A stretch of 64,000 nt of DNA from Chrysomallon squamiferum (GCA_012295275.1 CM022679.1:14508001-14572000), one strand, 5' to 3'. Positions 45,301 through 60,290 are shown, counted from the first letter of the stretch. Translations and numbers: made by a program. The notes: generated from the sequence alone by a model not told the origin.

Positions 45301-48300
45301 AATTCCCACTGTGCTAACGCTAACTGTCTGATTTTGTCTGTCGATGTTTCTGCTCTCACAGGACACTGAGTTAGACTGAACAGTCACTTTTTTTCTCAGT
45401 GATTTACCATTCACAGACCAGACAGTTTACCAGAAAGCTAAGCTGGGACTGGAGTTTGATATAAAAGGAGAATAATAAACAAATCATAGCCATGAACAAT
45501 TGGCGGATTATTGATGTCTTTTCTCACTCGCATCCGTTCATTCTACGTGTCCTAATTTCTTTCTTTCTCTATTCAGATCTTCCTTTCGCACAGATATGTT
45601 TTTATTCCTTCTATTTCATTCGACCGTCTTCCTTCCTTCCTTTTTCTCTCTTTTCCTTCGTTTTCCAAACATCGCTGCTTTCTTCAAATATTTTATCTTC
45701 ATTATGCAATGTTAAGAATTTCTTTTGTTCTTCCTCTTTCATTTAAACTATTTCATCACGCAGTCATTTTCCTCCGTGTCTCTTTGTGTGTTTCGTGTCA
45801 GTGTGATAGCATCAGTTAAACGTGATTTCAGAATTCTTGTTTCGCCTCGTTCATCAAAGTTTTATTCACTACTTTCCTGCCTTTCTCTTTCAAGTCATCG
45901 GTTAATAAATAATAATTCGTGTGCTCAGCCTCTAAAACATTAACACCATTTACATATGTATGAATTTTTATCATTCCTTCTTTGCAATTCCTTTCTATTA
46001 TTGCTTATTATTTAACGGTAGCTAACAACGTAGAAACAACTTTGCTCAGTGCCTCCATTCGTCTATTTCCCTTTTCAGTTAGAATCTCATGGCTTACTGT
46101 CTACCAGAGCCACATACAAAAGCAATTTTACAGCAATGGAGAATGCATTTATAAAAGATATCGCGCTCTTAATGCAAAACATCTAGCGATTAAACCTGAA
46201 ATATCATACGTTTTAGCTTCCAATACAAGTGATTGAAAAATTAATCTAGTGTTAATGTTAAACAAGCCTGCTGTGTCTTTCTCTCGCTGTAATAAAAGCA
46301 GCTTTACGTTTGTGTCCACGGCTCTGTGTGTTTCGTCGATCACTTTAACATCGATTAGCAATCAGTTTGTTTTCCTTCTCCTTCCTTCCTGTGTCAATAT
46401 CATGTCGATTAGCTTTATTTGATTTTCTTTTTCTTTTCGTTCTGTCGTCTCAGAATGTCGATCAGTAGTCTGTGTGTTTCTGAAAGTCATTCATTTCTCA
46501 GATCAGGCGACGTGGCATTACGTATAAAAACTGATATTTTTCTGCGCCACGTTTTGTCACCCATGGGTGATAAATCGTGCTGATGTGTATATTTGGTGAA
46601 TAATTTGTCACCCTTTCTTCGTGAACGTAATTATTTTTTACCAGTCTCTTCATCTTCTTTTACATCTTCTCTATGTTCTCTTTCTTTAAATTGTGCTCAC
46701 TTTATATCACAACACACACACATTCACTCACTCACATACACATGCTCACTCACACACTCACTCATACACACACTCACTAACACACTGACACACACACACA
46801 CACACGCACACACAAGCGTTCGCTAACGCATCTCCAGGCAAACACAACATTCCTTAGGACATACACAGACATAGATATACATATACATAATATTTATAAA
46901 TGTACTATGAAAAATACTTTAACAACATGATTGGAGGCCATTAATCAATTATTAGTTATTTTGGAGAAAGTCTTAAGATGAAAACCGCTACAATTTTCCA
47001 CTGGCAGCAAGAAGTCTTTTCTGTAGACCTGATATCAGACACCACAGTGGTTGTCAGATCAGTCACTGGGTCAGCCAGTTTTCACTGTAATTAAACACAT
47101 TACTGAATATAATTTATTTTTTCTCTTTTGTATATTTGTATATGTATGTGTATGTATGTGTATCTATGTATGTACATATGCCTGAATGTTTGTCTGAATG
47201 TAAGTATGCATGTATATATGTGTATAAATATATATGTATGAGTATGTGTATGTATGTGGGTGTATTTAAATATACATATGTATGGCAGAATGTAATTTGC
47301 TCGTTTCTTGAATTTATTATATATTATATATAAACGTAGACCATCGAAGAACATTAAACGCCAATAATTATCTCTAGATACGTAATAAAACAATTTTTAA
47401 TTTACATCATCACTCGAATAAGCGAAATACTCCGTCTCATTCTTTATTGTTTCAGCTTTAATTTTGAACAATCTTTCTTGACTGAACCGCTATCATCGGT
47501 GCAGGTTTTAAGAGCATCAGATTTTTAGTCAGTTTCGCTCTGGAGTTTTTTAAACGAATATTCTCCATCTCGAAAATCTTCTGTTGATTAGTAGCCTTCC
47601 CTCGGTGCGCCAGTTTCTTTTCTTACGTGCACCAGAACATTTCTGTTACCTTTGCGTCTGCTTCGTCTGAAACTTTGACGTCTGGTTTCTCCACGTGAGA
47701 AAGATAAGTTAACGTCGTTTGCTCCGGTGCACTTATCGTTAATTAGGCGCACCGGAAATGTTTTTATATGACTGTTACTAGTGAAAAATATAGTTTTCTT
47801 AACTGAAAATATATATGAGTTTGCACCTTCTCCCTGTTACGTATATTTTATTGTTTATGCGAACGGGAATTTACAAGCTGGGTCTAATTGTCGAAAAATC
47901 ATCGGCTTCTCTTCTGCACGGAATTTCTCCGGTGCGCATAGTTTTCTATGTTGTGTTTTCTCCCCTTTTCTCTATCTGCTTCTTTCTCTGTGTGTACGTG
48001 TATGTCTGCTGGTTCGTGCGTGCTCGTGTGTGTGTGTGTGTGTAATTATGTTAATGTGTGTATGTGTGTACGAACATACCTTCCTGCATGTTTCGTTGGA
48101 AGCGGTGACTATCCTCGTGTACTGAGCAGACTTGTTTGAGGTTATTTCTCTCTCTGGTGCAATGTGTCATCGTTCTCCTCAGAAGTGCGGACGAATCGGT
48201 GTCATACGTTCGAGTCTCGTCAGCGACATCTAACGTTTGTGATGTCTTTACCTGATTCAGTCCTTCTGTGTCAGTGCATTACCCGAATTAGATTTAAATC

Positions 48301-49001
48301 AGACATCAGAATATTTAAGTCTAAACATATGCACTGATCAGCTACATGCTACAGAACCTGATAAAAGGTTGACTGGTTTGAAAACAAATATTTTAGTCTC
48401 ATCTTGTAAAGCGCCGTACAAAACGCAGTTCTGTGACAATGATAATGTTGGCTGGTTTGAATAAGAACGATTAAATATGTTTGCCGTCGATTGTTATAAC
48501 TGTATTTAGGGTATCACAAAGTAAAATAAAATGAAAAAAAAAAAAAAAATAAGGTAAAATAAAATAAAATAAAATAACGTAATGTAACATAAATAATAAT
48601 ATTAATGAATGAATGAATTAATTAATTAAAACAAAAAAAAAAAAAAAAAAAATGTCGACTTTTGTCTGCATCAACGAGAACTTTATGAGGTTTGAAAAAC
48701 GAACAACAGACTACATTAGCTGTCGACTCTCGAGAGACTGCTTGGAGGTAATTGTCTTCGTCTTCAGCTAGCTGTAATAAAATAAGGTGCGGAAACGTCT
48801 GCAGTTTTCACCGATACGAGAAAGACACCAGCAAATAATTAACTTAACTCGCCAGCGCGTTCAACGCGTCACCTGCGAAATAACAGCGAGCAGGGACCCT
48901 GAGAGAAATAAGCAAACACACCGGAGTAGTAATAAAGTGAGCTGAGACTGAGTATGTAATCGAATTTGCGACTCGTTATGCGAGTGTGTTTGTGTGTGTG
49001 T

Positions 49002-49098
<97 letters not shown>

Positions 49099-50439
49099 AC
49101 TGAATGAATGTGTGTGTGTGAATGTATGTGTAAGTGAAAATGTGAGCAAGTGAATATAGAGGAAAGAATGAGTGAGTTTCTGTAAAAGAATATTTATTGT
49201 CAAACATAAAAATTATAAGGTTAATATCTAAAAGCGTTGCTCATTAATTTATCATAGTTTGTGGCGAGTGTTTTTCAGTCTGTTAAAAGATCTATTACGT
49301 ATATTATCTGGATATAATCTTTGAAAAAAAAAACATTGTAATTAAATAATATACATGTAAAACAGTTTATGTACAAAACAACAGAAGATTAAAAAATGTT
49401 AAAATTCCTTTTTTGTAAGTAATTGGAAATAATTGTTTTGTAGATTAAAATACAGTCCATGGAAGTATTTTTATTATATTAAATTATGGTTTTCAACGTG
49501 GTTTGTGAACTTTAAAAAAAATGGAGACAAAGAGGCTGTGTTTGTTTTTTGGTTTCTTATATCCACTAGTTAATAAAAAAATAAAAAAATGATTCGCTGA
49601 ATTCACTAATTAACACGAACTAATTGGATCCAGTTAGCTGCATCTTCTTTTTCATGTTCTTCGTGTTCTTCTTTTTGCTTTTCCTTACTGGACACAATAG
49701 GACTTGTTTAATTAATTTCTATTTCCGTATTACTGATGAACTGTTTGAGCTTGTGTCTCTGAAAGCTTGAAAACGTGGTTTGAGACCTATCAGTGAATGG
49801 TTTATCTTGTTTTTCAAGATGCTCAAAAACATGGTTTTAACCATGTCACTTATAAACATAATAATAATTTTCTGTTATCAGTATAACATTCTTATAAATC
49901 TGTAGGTAATGTATATAAAAAGATAGATTTATAACTCGTGATATTTGAAACTGTAGTAGCGCTAGCATATCTGGTAATTGTTAGATATCGAAAACTGTAT
50001 ATTTGTTTACAAAAACGTTTACATACCAGATTTTAAATACTGTTTATGTCCGCGTTATATAAGTAGCTTATATTAGTAAGTTACATCTTAAAAATATTAT
50101 TTATTACAATAAAATATGTGTATATTAAGCGTAGATAAATAGATATATACATGGATATATCTGTCTATCTATCTATCTATCTAATTATCTATCTATATAT
50201 ATATATACACACATACAGAGAGAGAGAAAGAGTGAGACTGATGATAGATAGACAGAATTATAGATAGCTAGACAGATAGACAAACAGCATATATATATAT
50301 GTAGATAGATAGATAGATAGATAAATATATATATATAACAGATATATAGATAGACAGACAGACAGACAGATAGATAAACAGACAGACAGATAGATAGACA
50401 GATAGACAGATAGATAGACAGACAGATAGATATATAGAC

Positions 50440-50477
<38 letters not shown>

Positions 50478-51867
50478 CAATGCTACTGGGATGCTGGAAT
50501 TCTTCAGAAATTATTAATATTATTAACATTTTAGTTAATAAATCTGTTTTCATAATTTGCTGTATGAGATAATACACATTATCAGTGTTATATTAGATAA
50601 TGCCATGTCTTTCATGTTAAACAGTGTATGTTTTTTCATAGTATATAATGACTTAAGCACGACTTAACTTTCATATACCGGTACAGTAAAGAAAGTTTTA
50701 AACTTTTAACTGTCATGAAAATCTGGAAATCATTTGGTTATTACGAACTATTGCTGATAATAACGAAGCGTTTTATACATCATATTGAATAAATAGTTTA
50801 ACATCAGATATTATTAACATTATGATTTCAGTGAAACTGATACAGGTGAACGTCGACCAAACTCTGACGCCAAATCGTCTACACTGCTACTACTGTTTCG
50901 AGTTCGAAGATGACTGCATTTCAATGGAAAACGTGACCAACATCAGAGTGCGAGAATGCGAAATAGAAGAACCATACTGCAGAGTAAGTCGAAGTGTAGC
51001 ACGTACTAACTTACAGATCAGTAAAACCCCAAACACGTTCGATTTTCCAAGTACTTCGTTTACGAAGACGTGTACTGTTAGAGCTAAATAGTCTACAAAG
51101 TGTACTCTGTAGCCCTATGAGTGTTTCTAGCATATATCAAGGGCGCCACAGATTGAAAAAAATGTAAGGAGAGGATTTTCTGTCTATCTGTTCGTGTTGT
51201 ATCCTTGTTTGCTAAAAGGCTCTGTTATCTGAGAAGAGCTGATATAAAGATCAAAGCCAGATAAAGATTGAGAACGTTTAAACAGAATTCACCTTTTACA
51301 GTTTATTTCATATTTTGAATATTCGTGTACATTACGTAACAATATCACTGTTGTACCGGACAGTTACTTATTTTCTTATGTTATTTACTACCAGGAATGT
51401 GTAGATCATATTTATAGTGTGTTATATATTAACATCTATTAGTTGTATTATATTTATATTGTATATTCTATGGTGAAATAATAATAACAATAATAATAAT
51501 AATCATAAAAATAATAATAAAATAATAATAATAATAATAATAATAATAAAGATTCAGTATATTCACTGTCTAAAGTCTAATACCTGCCGGAGTGCAAATC
51601 TTCTTTGACTCAATCTCGTACACTGATCTGGTTTTAAAACGTTATTTGCAGGTGAAGCGGCTGCACACAGAAGGAGTTCTGAGAACGTTTGAACGCGACT
51701 GCGCCCAGGAATGCACGCCAGGCTGCCAGACTGTCATGGCGCACACAAAATGTCAGTCGTGTTGCACCACGAACTTCTGTAACTCGAACAATTCGGCCGC
51801 CATGCACGTGACGTCATTGACAACTGTGCTCGTGGTGTCGACGTTGATTTGGGTTTGCAAGCGTTGA
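42253..51867 (+). CDS. GPI-anchored Ly6/uPAR (three-finger; quiver/LYPD6-like) protein, 146 aa
   Basis: Exons 42253-42325 (signal peptide [24 protein letters not shown], phase-1 donor GTAAGA), 50832-50983 ([19 protein letters not shown]), 51652-51867 ([23 protein letters not shown], then small residues and hydrophobic tail [16 protein letters not shown]). The CxxC start, CCxxxxCN end and 3-exon layout are typical of LU-domain genes. The link to exon 1 across 8.5 kb is inferred. Confidence 0.85.
43549..43657. repeat. 36-bp tandem repeat TAGAAATATTTTATTTATTCATAATCTTCCTTTCCT (3 copies)
   Basis: Direct reading; produces the [12 protein letters not shown] pseudo-ORF repeat. Confidence 0.9.
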
Positions 51868-52247
51868 CGATACACTTTCTTTAACACCGTCCTGTACAGC
51901 TCGTTTCAAGTTACGTTTTATTTTTATTTTTTATTATATTTTATTTTATTTTATTTTATTTTATTTATTTATTTGTTTGTTTATTTATTTATTAGGAGTA
52001 GTGTTGTATTAGTATTTTTTATTCTGTTGTTTTGTTTATGTCTTTGGAATTATTATAAGCGTAAAATTTTGAAAATATCTGGAAACTGATTTTTCAAAAA
52101 TGTATTTAAGTATTTTTTATTTTATTTTTTCGTTATTATTATTTTTTTAACAATGCTTCAAAAGTTGTCTTTCTTACTAAATAAAGTTTTATTTTTAAAG
52201 ACTAGAATAAATCAAAATTGTATTACAAAATAATATACCCGTTAAAT

Positions 52248-52278
<31 letters not shown>

Positions 52279-52391
52279 TATATGTATAACGTATACAAAA
52301 TATTTCATTTTACTTTCGGCATAAGTGCTATTTTATTTTCCAGCTAACTCTTTTCCCCCATTTTGCCTTAAGAACAAGAATAAAACAGGAA

Positions 52392-52816
52392 ATATGTATT
52401 ATCAATTATCAGTTATACAATTCCTGAAAATTTCAGAAAATATGCATAAATTCTGATACACCCAGTAAAATAGTACTGCAGTGACTGCAAGCAGATCATT
52501 TCAGAGGGAGGCTGGATGATATAACAGCAAGCATCAAAACCCAAAAGTTACGCAAACACGGAAAACTTAATTTCACTGTGAACAGTGGAGACTTGAAACG
52601 GAGCACATTTGAGTCCAAAAGTCCATTAAGTTATATATCCTAACCAACAATGAAGCACGCCATTATTGTCATAGTTTACTCTTTCTACGGACCCTTGGCT
52701 CTGTGAATGCCTACGTTTTCCTTGAACCATAACTAACTCTGTCCAGATCACATTCAGTTCCGTGATTATGCATATTTTCTGAAATTTTCATACCTATTTT
52801 CTGATAATACACATAT
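52392..52816. mobile_element. Putative MITE remnant: 25-bp perfect inverted repeat with imperfect outer extension
   Basis: TGAAAATTTCAGAAAATATGCATAA (52425-52449) is the exact reverse complement of 52766-52790. The outer TGTATTATCA / TGATAATACA also pair. No ORF, and no clear TSD. Confidence 0.5.
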
Positions 52817-54127
52817 ATATATATAATTTTGAAATAGCCGTCTTAAAAAAAAAAAAAAAAATCAAAAAATAAAACAATAACCCTTTAAATTAGAACTTTT
52901 TAAACTTTTATTTATTTTTTATGATTAAACCTAAGGATATAAATGGCTGATACATAAGTTGTTTCGATAAATAAAATATATTCGTGTTTTTGTTTAAAGT
53001 TATAATTATCTTTGTTAGATACTGATGCAATGAATGTCAATCAGTAGATGTTGTATATATGTAAAATACGAAATGTGTAGTGTAAATTTTCTTTACAAAA
53101 TGTTAAATATATTTACAGTGTAAGTGTATGATCATTTTAAATGTTATTTGGAAACTCAGATTTTGTCGACAGAGGATACTTATGTATGAAAATTAATTTC
53201 ATAAATAAATGTACAGTTAAGGCGTTTACGTTTGATATTTCTATATTTATTTATTTATTTATTTTTTTTTTTTTTTTAATAATACAGTTTTTATCAAATG
53301 ATTCAAACATTTCAGTCCTCATTATTTTGGCATCTTCGATCATCACAGAGTCCATCTAAAAAAATAATTATTTAAATATTTAACAACTCCAAATATTTAG
53401 CTGCGACTCATTATTTAGGCAAAGTAATAGAAAGTTGTTGACAGTATAGAAAGACATTATAGCAGTCTTGTTATTTGAGTAGCATATTTTCGCAAGAAAA
53501 AGGTCACTCTTTTTAAAGTATATTTGATGTTGATTTCATGTCGTACAGGCAATTTTATCGAAGTGAGCAAAGTGATATGATGGACTATCGTAAAAAAGTG
53601 TAGACAGAGATATATTATACATTCTGAAGATTCGGTTACGTTTACTGCGGCAACATTTTCAAAAGTCTTGAACTGTTTGTCAGTAAAACGTTTTAATATT
53701 AGTAAGAAAGAGAAAAAAAGGAAACTGTTGTTATTAGACATCTCACCAATTTGACATTCTGTCACCAAAAGTATTAATATTCGTAAGACAGAAAGGAAAA
53801 ATGCATATTGTTATTTTACATCTCATCACTTTGACGTAGTTTGGGGCGGGTTGAACAATCCCTTGCTGATACCCCCTGCTCACACAGATCGATTGCTGCG
53901 GTACCAAGGTTGAGTTGTCTGGGTACAAGTGTCTGTAATTACACAGTGTTATTGGTCAGGAAAGCTCAGACGTTTGATGTTTTTACTTGAACACAGGAAA
54001 TGAAAATATCGATCACTGGCTGACTGACCTCTTTATTGGCGCAAACGATAAGAAGTAAAGTAGTGAGACCTTCATAAAAGTCGAATTAAAATTATTTAAT
54101 AAACGAGGGAAAAAAAGAGTTATAAAA

Positions 54128-54226
<99 letters not shown>

Positions 54227-55579
54227 TGTTGGTTCTGTTATTATTATTATTATTATTATTATTTTATCTAAATGAAAATATGTTATATTTAAAAGTTAAA
54301 ATTCTATATAAATTTAGAATCCATTATAACACTCGATTTTGTTGCATTCCTGGAAGAAAACTATTTCCAGTATCTTGTGTACAGGGTCTACATTGTCATT
54401 GTAACTGTGGTATTTTTATTCAGTTAAATATAAAATATATGTCTCTTCATAGATTGTCTTATATCATTACTTTGTTATAATAACTCGACATATAAAAATT
54501 TACTTTCAAAAATATAATTTCATTTAATTCAGATTTCATATCAGTTTATATTTTATACTTTTCTAATTTGTGTAAATGATCTACTGTTTATTTATACGGT
54601 TTGTTGATATTTTTTAAAGATTAATTTTATTTAAGATCATTTAGTTAATCCTTGATATCATTCAGCATAAATGTTTATATTTAACTTGTACAAATATATA
54701 AATTAAACATTTGTTTTCCCTTTTATTATTAAAAAATTTTCTTGAACAAAAGAATAATTTAATACGTCTAATAAATAATTTACTAAAATATTAATTTTAT
54801 GTTGTTAGATCATGTTAAATAATTATGTAAGTTATAAAACTTACTCTTAATTTATAATTTGATTATATTTCATTAGGAATGTTATGCATGTTACTTATAA
54901 AAATATTTTAATTCAATCGTAAATGTTAATTTGCCAGATTTGTGTTATGTGCTTTTATTCAACATTTCTACACTCCCTAGATATTAAACAGATTATTTAT
55001 CAGTTAGTTTAGTTTATTTATTCTCACTTTGTTTTCTGTCTTTTAGTATCAATAATACATGACAACCTGTCTGTTAATTCATACACTTTGTTTTGACAAC
55101 CAAAATCAATTTACTCTAATTGCCTCAGGGTTTTCACGTTTTCTGTGTTATATATGAATTTGTTATTTCAATCTCTGTTATATTATAATGTATAGCTCAA
55201 TCATTCCATCTGTAAAAACCTGTATATATATTCTGTTAATAAAACACTGTGCTTTTCTTGACTTTACATCCGTTCTGGTTTATTTTACATAGGCACTGTT
55301 TACTCCACTTCAATAAAATCTCACAAAATTAACAATGTACACGGTTCACGTGATGTTACGAAGACTAAAACATGCTGAATAAGCTAATATTTATTATACA
55401 TTTAATATTATTTGTTTTTACTTAATTGCTGTTACTACTAATGCTACTACTACTGTAACGATAACAAAATACCTTTCTGATGCTATTATAATCGTATTAT
55501 GATAACAATAATACTAGCCATACTATTATGGCTCACGGTGTTTTTTTGTTGTTATTGTTTTTTGCAATTTATTTTATTT

Positions 55580-55627
<48 letters not shown>

Positions 55628-56334
55628 TTTAAAAATCTATTCTCTGGTGTATCAGAAATTTTATAACTTTAACAATAACCATTACATCAATGAAAACGTA
55701 ACTACAAGAGCATTAACAACTTGGTTTATTAACTTTTCAGTATCGGAGAAGGCGGATAACTCTCTTCGTTCAGTCTCACGTTAAATACAGTTACTTCCCT
55801 TCGGATAGTCTAAAAGCAACATTTTAAGCCATCGTCATAAAATCGGAGTTGTCGTACGCTTGTTCCAAATATTATATATAAACATAGACAGATATATAGA
55901 TATGAAAAGAAAAATGTTCATCATATAAAATAAACATAATATCAGTAGAAATGAATCATCACAGTTATACAAGAGAAATGTCCCAGCCGTTTATCAAGAG
56001 ACTGCGCTTTACGCTCTACTGTTTGACAAAATGCCTTGAGAAAATGTATTGAGCTGTTTTCCAGTTTGCCAAAAACGACAACATTTTTTGTTAGTGATAC
56101 AGTATTATGACTGAAAGCTAATCATTGCATTCCACTGTTGTTGCTGATAAAAACTCACTTTTACAAATTATTTCTTTTTATAAAAACAACAAACTCAAAC
56201 AAAGTGCAATACATTTTTATATAATATATACAAATAAGAAAAAACAAAACTATTATTATTATAGTATTTACATTAAAGGTAATAAAAAGATGCTACTCTT
56301 TAGTTCTGTTGTTGAGAGGTTTACCAACCTATCT

Positions 56335-56800
56335 TACAACTGACCCTCTGTACAGGAGGGTATTTCCCACTGAACTTAAAGGAGGAGATTTATCAGTGAC
56401 TTAAAAGTGGAAGTTTTCCTTTGAACTTAAAACTTTTCATATGAATTACAGAGAGAAGAAGGTTTCCATTGACCTGTTGAGAACAGGCTACTCTGTGAAA
56501 CTGAACTTACAATAGGAGGTTATCTACTGAACTTAAAAAATTAGATTTCCCACTTACTTTTCAGATGGAAATTACCCACTGAACTTAAGAATTCCTACTG
56601 AATTTACATGAGAAGCTTGCCATTGAATTTAAAGGAGGACATTTCCCATTAACCCATAAGTAGGAAGTTACCCACTGAACTTAAAAGTATAGATTTCCCA
56701 CTTATTTTCAGAAGGAGGAATTTACCCACTGAATTTTCAAAGGGAGGTTTCTGATTATCTTTGCCAAGAGGAGGTTATCCAGTGGACTTCCAAGAGGCTG
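56335..56800. repeat. Degenerate ~25-27-bp tandem repeat (CCCACTGAACTTAAAGGAGGAGATTT-like)
   Basis: CCCACTGAACTTAA cores recur at ~56366, ~56576, ~56671 and ~56725, with diverged units between. Confidence 0.65.
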
Positions 56801-58941
56801 AGATTAACAAGTTGAGGGCTAGGAACAGTGATGTATTATATATAATGTAAGAAACATGAAACAAAAACAATGATGTGAGAACTATTAACATAGCAATTAG
56901 TAGGCTTAAAATTATATTACATTGTATAATTATATATGTGTATATATATATATATATATTTTTTTTTTTTCAATTTACAATCAATGCCAATTCTCAGAAG
57001 AAAAAATAAAATATTGGTAAATTAATTTTTTGTCATAAATAGTAATCATTTATTTTATATCATTTGGTAAAATAGTAATAGATAATTTGTTGTTATTTTA
57101 ACCATTATCAAATGGTGATTGTGAACTGATCACTCATTTATTTAAAAAAAGAAAAAAAAAAGAAAAGAAGAAGAAAAGATATAATCAATTATAATAAAAT
57201 AAAACAAACAAATAAATTAATGAATCAGTCTTATCATGTAAAATGTGTCTCTTATGTAAAACATATTTCAATTAAAACCTATCATTCTTTCCATGCAAAA
57301 ACTAATCTAATATGTAAAAAGGTGACACTTGTAAAAACCTTTTATTTAAAAGCTATTGATCCATTGTATAAAATATGTTAAGCAGTAAAATAAATATCTA
57401 TTATGAAAACCCAATTTGTGACTGATAATTAGTTTATTTTACAAAACCTTTGTTGTGTAAATTTTGATGTATTGGTGTGTAATGTAAAGCCTGTCTAACT
57501 ATAATGTAGAAATTATTGTGCTTAATGTAAAACCTGTTTAATTTATAAATTATGCTTGATGTGAAACCTAACTGTAATGAAAAAAATAATTGTACTTAAT
57601 GTAAAACTTATTGTGTAATATTTATTGTGTAATGTAAAACCTAACAATAATGTAAAAATACTTAAACATAAAACAAAACGTCTTTTGTCTGTTAAATTTA
57701 TCGGTTTATTATTAAAAGCTAACTGTCTGTTATAGAAAAATTAACTATGATTTATGTAAAACTGAGTCTGTTTGTTATGAAAAATCTTTTATGTAAACCT
57801 TGCTATGCAGAATATATTTATGTATTATAAAACAAAACCTATATACTGTGTGAAATACATCTGTGTATTATGGAAAATTTACCTCATATATATACATTTT
57901 CCTCCATTATACGAAACCTGTTTGTATTACATAAAACACATATATTTATATCTGCTATGTAGAAATAACTGCCCATTGTAACTGTCTGTCTAATATTTAA
58001 CATACATTTGTCTGTAAAACAGCTTTTGTCTTTTAAACAGAATATCTCCATCTGCAAATCAGAATAAGTGAAACATCTCTGTCTTATTATTTCTGTATAT
58101 CATTATTAATGATTATTATTATTACTATTATGAGATACTACACATCTGTACTGTAGCAGAATTCAAACAATATACATTTTATAAACTCCAATTGTACAAA
58201 AAAAAAAATAACAATACATTTGTACTTTGTAAGAAAAGTTAAAAGTCAAGTAATTAATAATCCAAATTAAACCTTGACAAATATTGAAGATTATTTTTAT
58301 CTGTTGATTCGATGGTGGAGCTAGGGCACACCCAAGCACCTCCAACCCAATTTTAATATTGTTTCCCTTGTAATGAACTGTGTTTCATTCTGAAAGTTAT
58401 ACACATCACAATAACACTGGAGAGCCATGCTTTTCTGAATTTCTGGATAAAAATTCCTGGAAGAGAATATCTTCTTTCTTTAGTCCATCTCTGCATAACT
58501 TGAAAAGTTTTGAGAAAATCGATCACATAACTGTTTCCACTTTGTAATAAAAGTCATCCAAACAATGGACACCAATCAATTCTTATGTGACATCTGTCCA
58601 TCTGTCTGCAAAATGTACAGGCAGCATGAAATAAAATCTGAAGCGAAACTATCACTGAACATCCAGTCTTGTTTGGAATTTACTCTAACATTTTAAAAAT
58701 AATAATAAATATAGGATAATAATGACCATTATAAGATCATAATAACAATATTAATAAAAATAGAATGATAATGATCATTATAATGACCATGGTAATAATA
58801 ACAGTAGTAATAAATAAATAAACAAATAAATAAATAAATAAGTAAATAAGTAAGTAAATAAATAAATAAATAAATAATAAATACAAAAATAATAATAATA
58901 AATAAAATAAATAATAATTAAACAAATATTAAACAAAAAGC

Positions 58942-59016
<75 letters not shown>

Positions 59017-59240
59017 TGAAAAAGTACCAATGATAAAAATAACATCCACCTTAAAATCTACCTATCTGGACAGTTCAACACTGAAAATAACTATGACCAT
59101 GTCCACATTAATATTCTTTTCTCCCCAAGTCTTGCTGATAACAGATGAGGTGTATAAATATTAAAGTTATTAAATCTGAATGTTTTGCACTAGAAACTTA
59201 CAAAACAATGCACACTGATCACAGATAAATGAGAAAAGTT

Positions 59241-60225
59241 TCAAATAAAGTTTCCGTCACACTGCACAATCACTTGTCGAGCCTTCCATCTCTCCTTGCG
59301 GGTCATGAAGGCGTTGGAGACTGGCAAAAAGTCATAAAAGCAAATACTGTCCAGCAGTTTATAAACTCCAGCTGGTGCTGCCACCTGCAGTAGAATTAGT
59401 CAAATAAATAACAAGTGTTATATGTATGCATATATATATATATATATAAATAGAAGAAAAAAGAAATTTAAAAAAAAATTAAAAATTAAAAATTAAATTT
59501 AATTATTTGAAAGTGAATTCAGATTAAATTAAACTGAAATACAAATTAAATATATAAATTATATTAAACTGTAATATGAATGTATAAAATTTTAAAATCA
59601 AACTGAACTGAAATATATTTGATTAAATTATAAACTAAATCAAAAAAAAGAAGAAAAAAAATTATAAATTAAACCGAGATCAACTAAATTTAATAACTTT
59701 AAATAAACCATTATTAAATCTGAATTAATAAAAAAAAAAAAAAAAAAAAAAAAAAACATTATATATAAATGACATATCTGGTTATTGATGAATAAAGGGA
59801 TTAATACCTCCCTCTTTCTGAAATGCTAGACTGGTCTCTGTAATGGAATTACTCACCTGTTTCATCCATAAACTAAAAGATTTCTTCCACTCATTCTCCT
59901 TCTCGCAGTGCAGGTAACAGTTGTAAAGAATGAGGTAAATGTATCTCTCCAGGTATTCTTTACTCATCCTCCTGAAATACTCCCTCTGATGGTCTGACGT
60001 GGCATTCTTTATCTGTGTGGTATAAACAGTATTTTTGAAGTTTTGATCATGTTCATAATTCAGAACAGCACATAAAATTTTATAAAAGAAAGAAATATAA
60101 TTGAAAATGTATTTGTTTGTATTGGTTGTTGCTCAGATTAAAAAGAAATTAAAAAATCAAATCAAATCAAATCAAATAAAATAAATAAATAAATAAAATA
60201 AAATAAAATAAATAAATAAAAAAAA

Positions 60226-60256
<31 letters not shown>

Positions 60257-60258
60257 TA

Positions 60259-60290
<32 letters not shown>

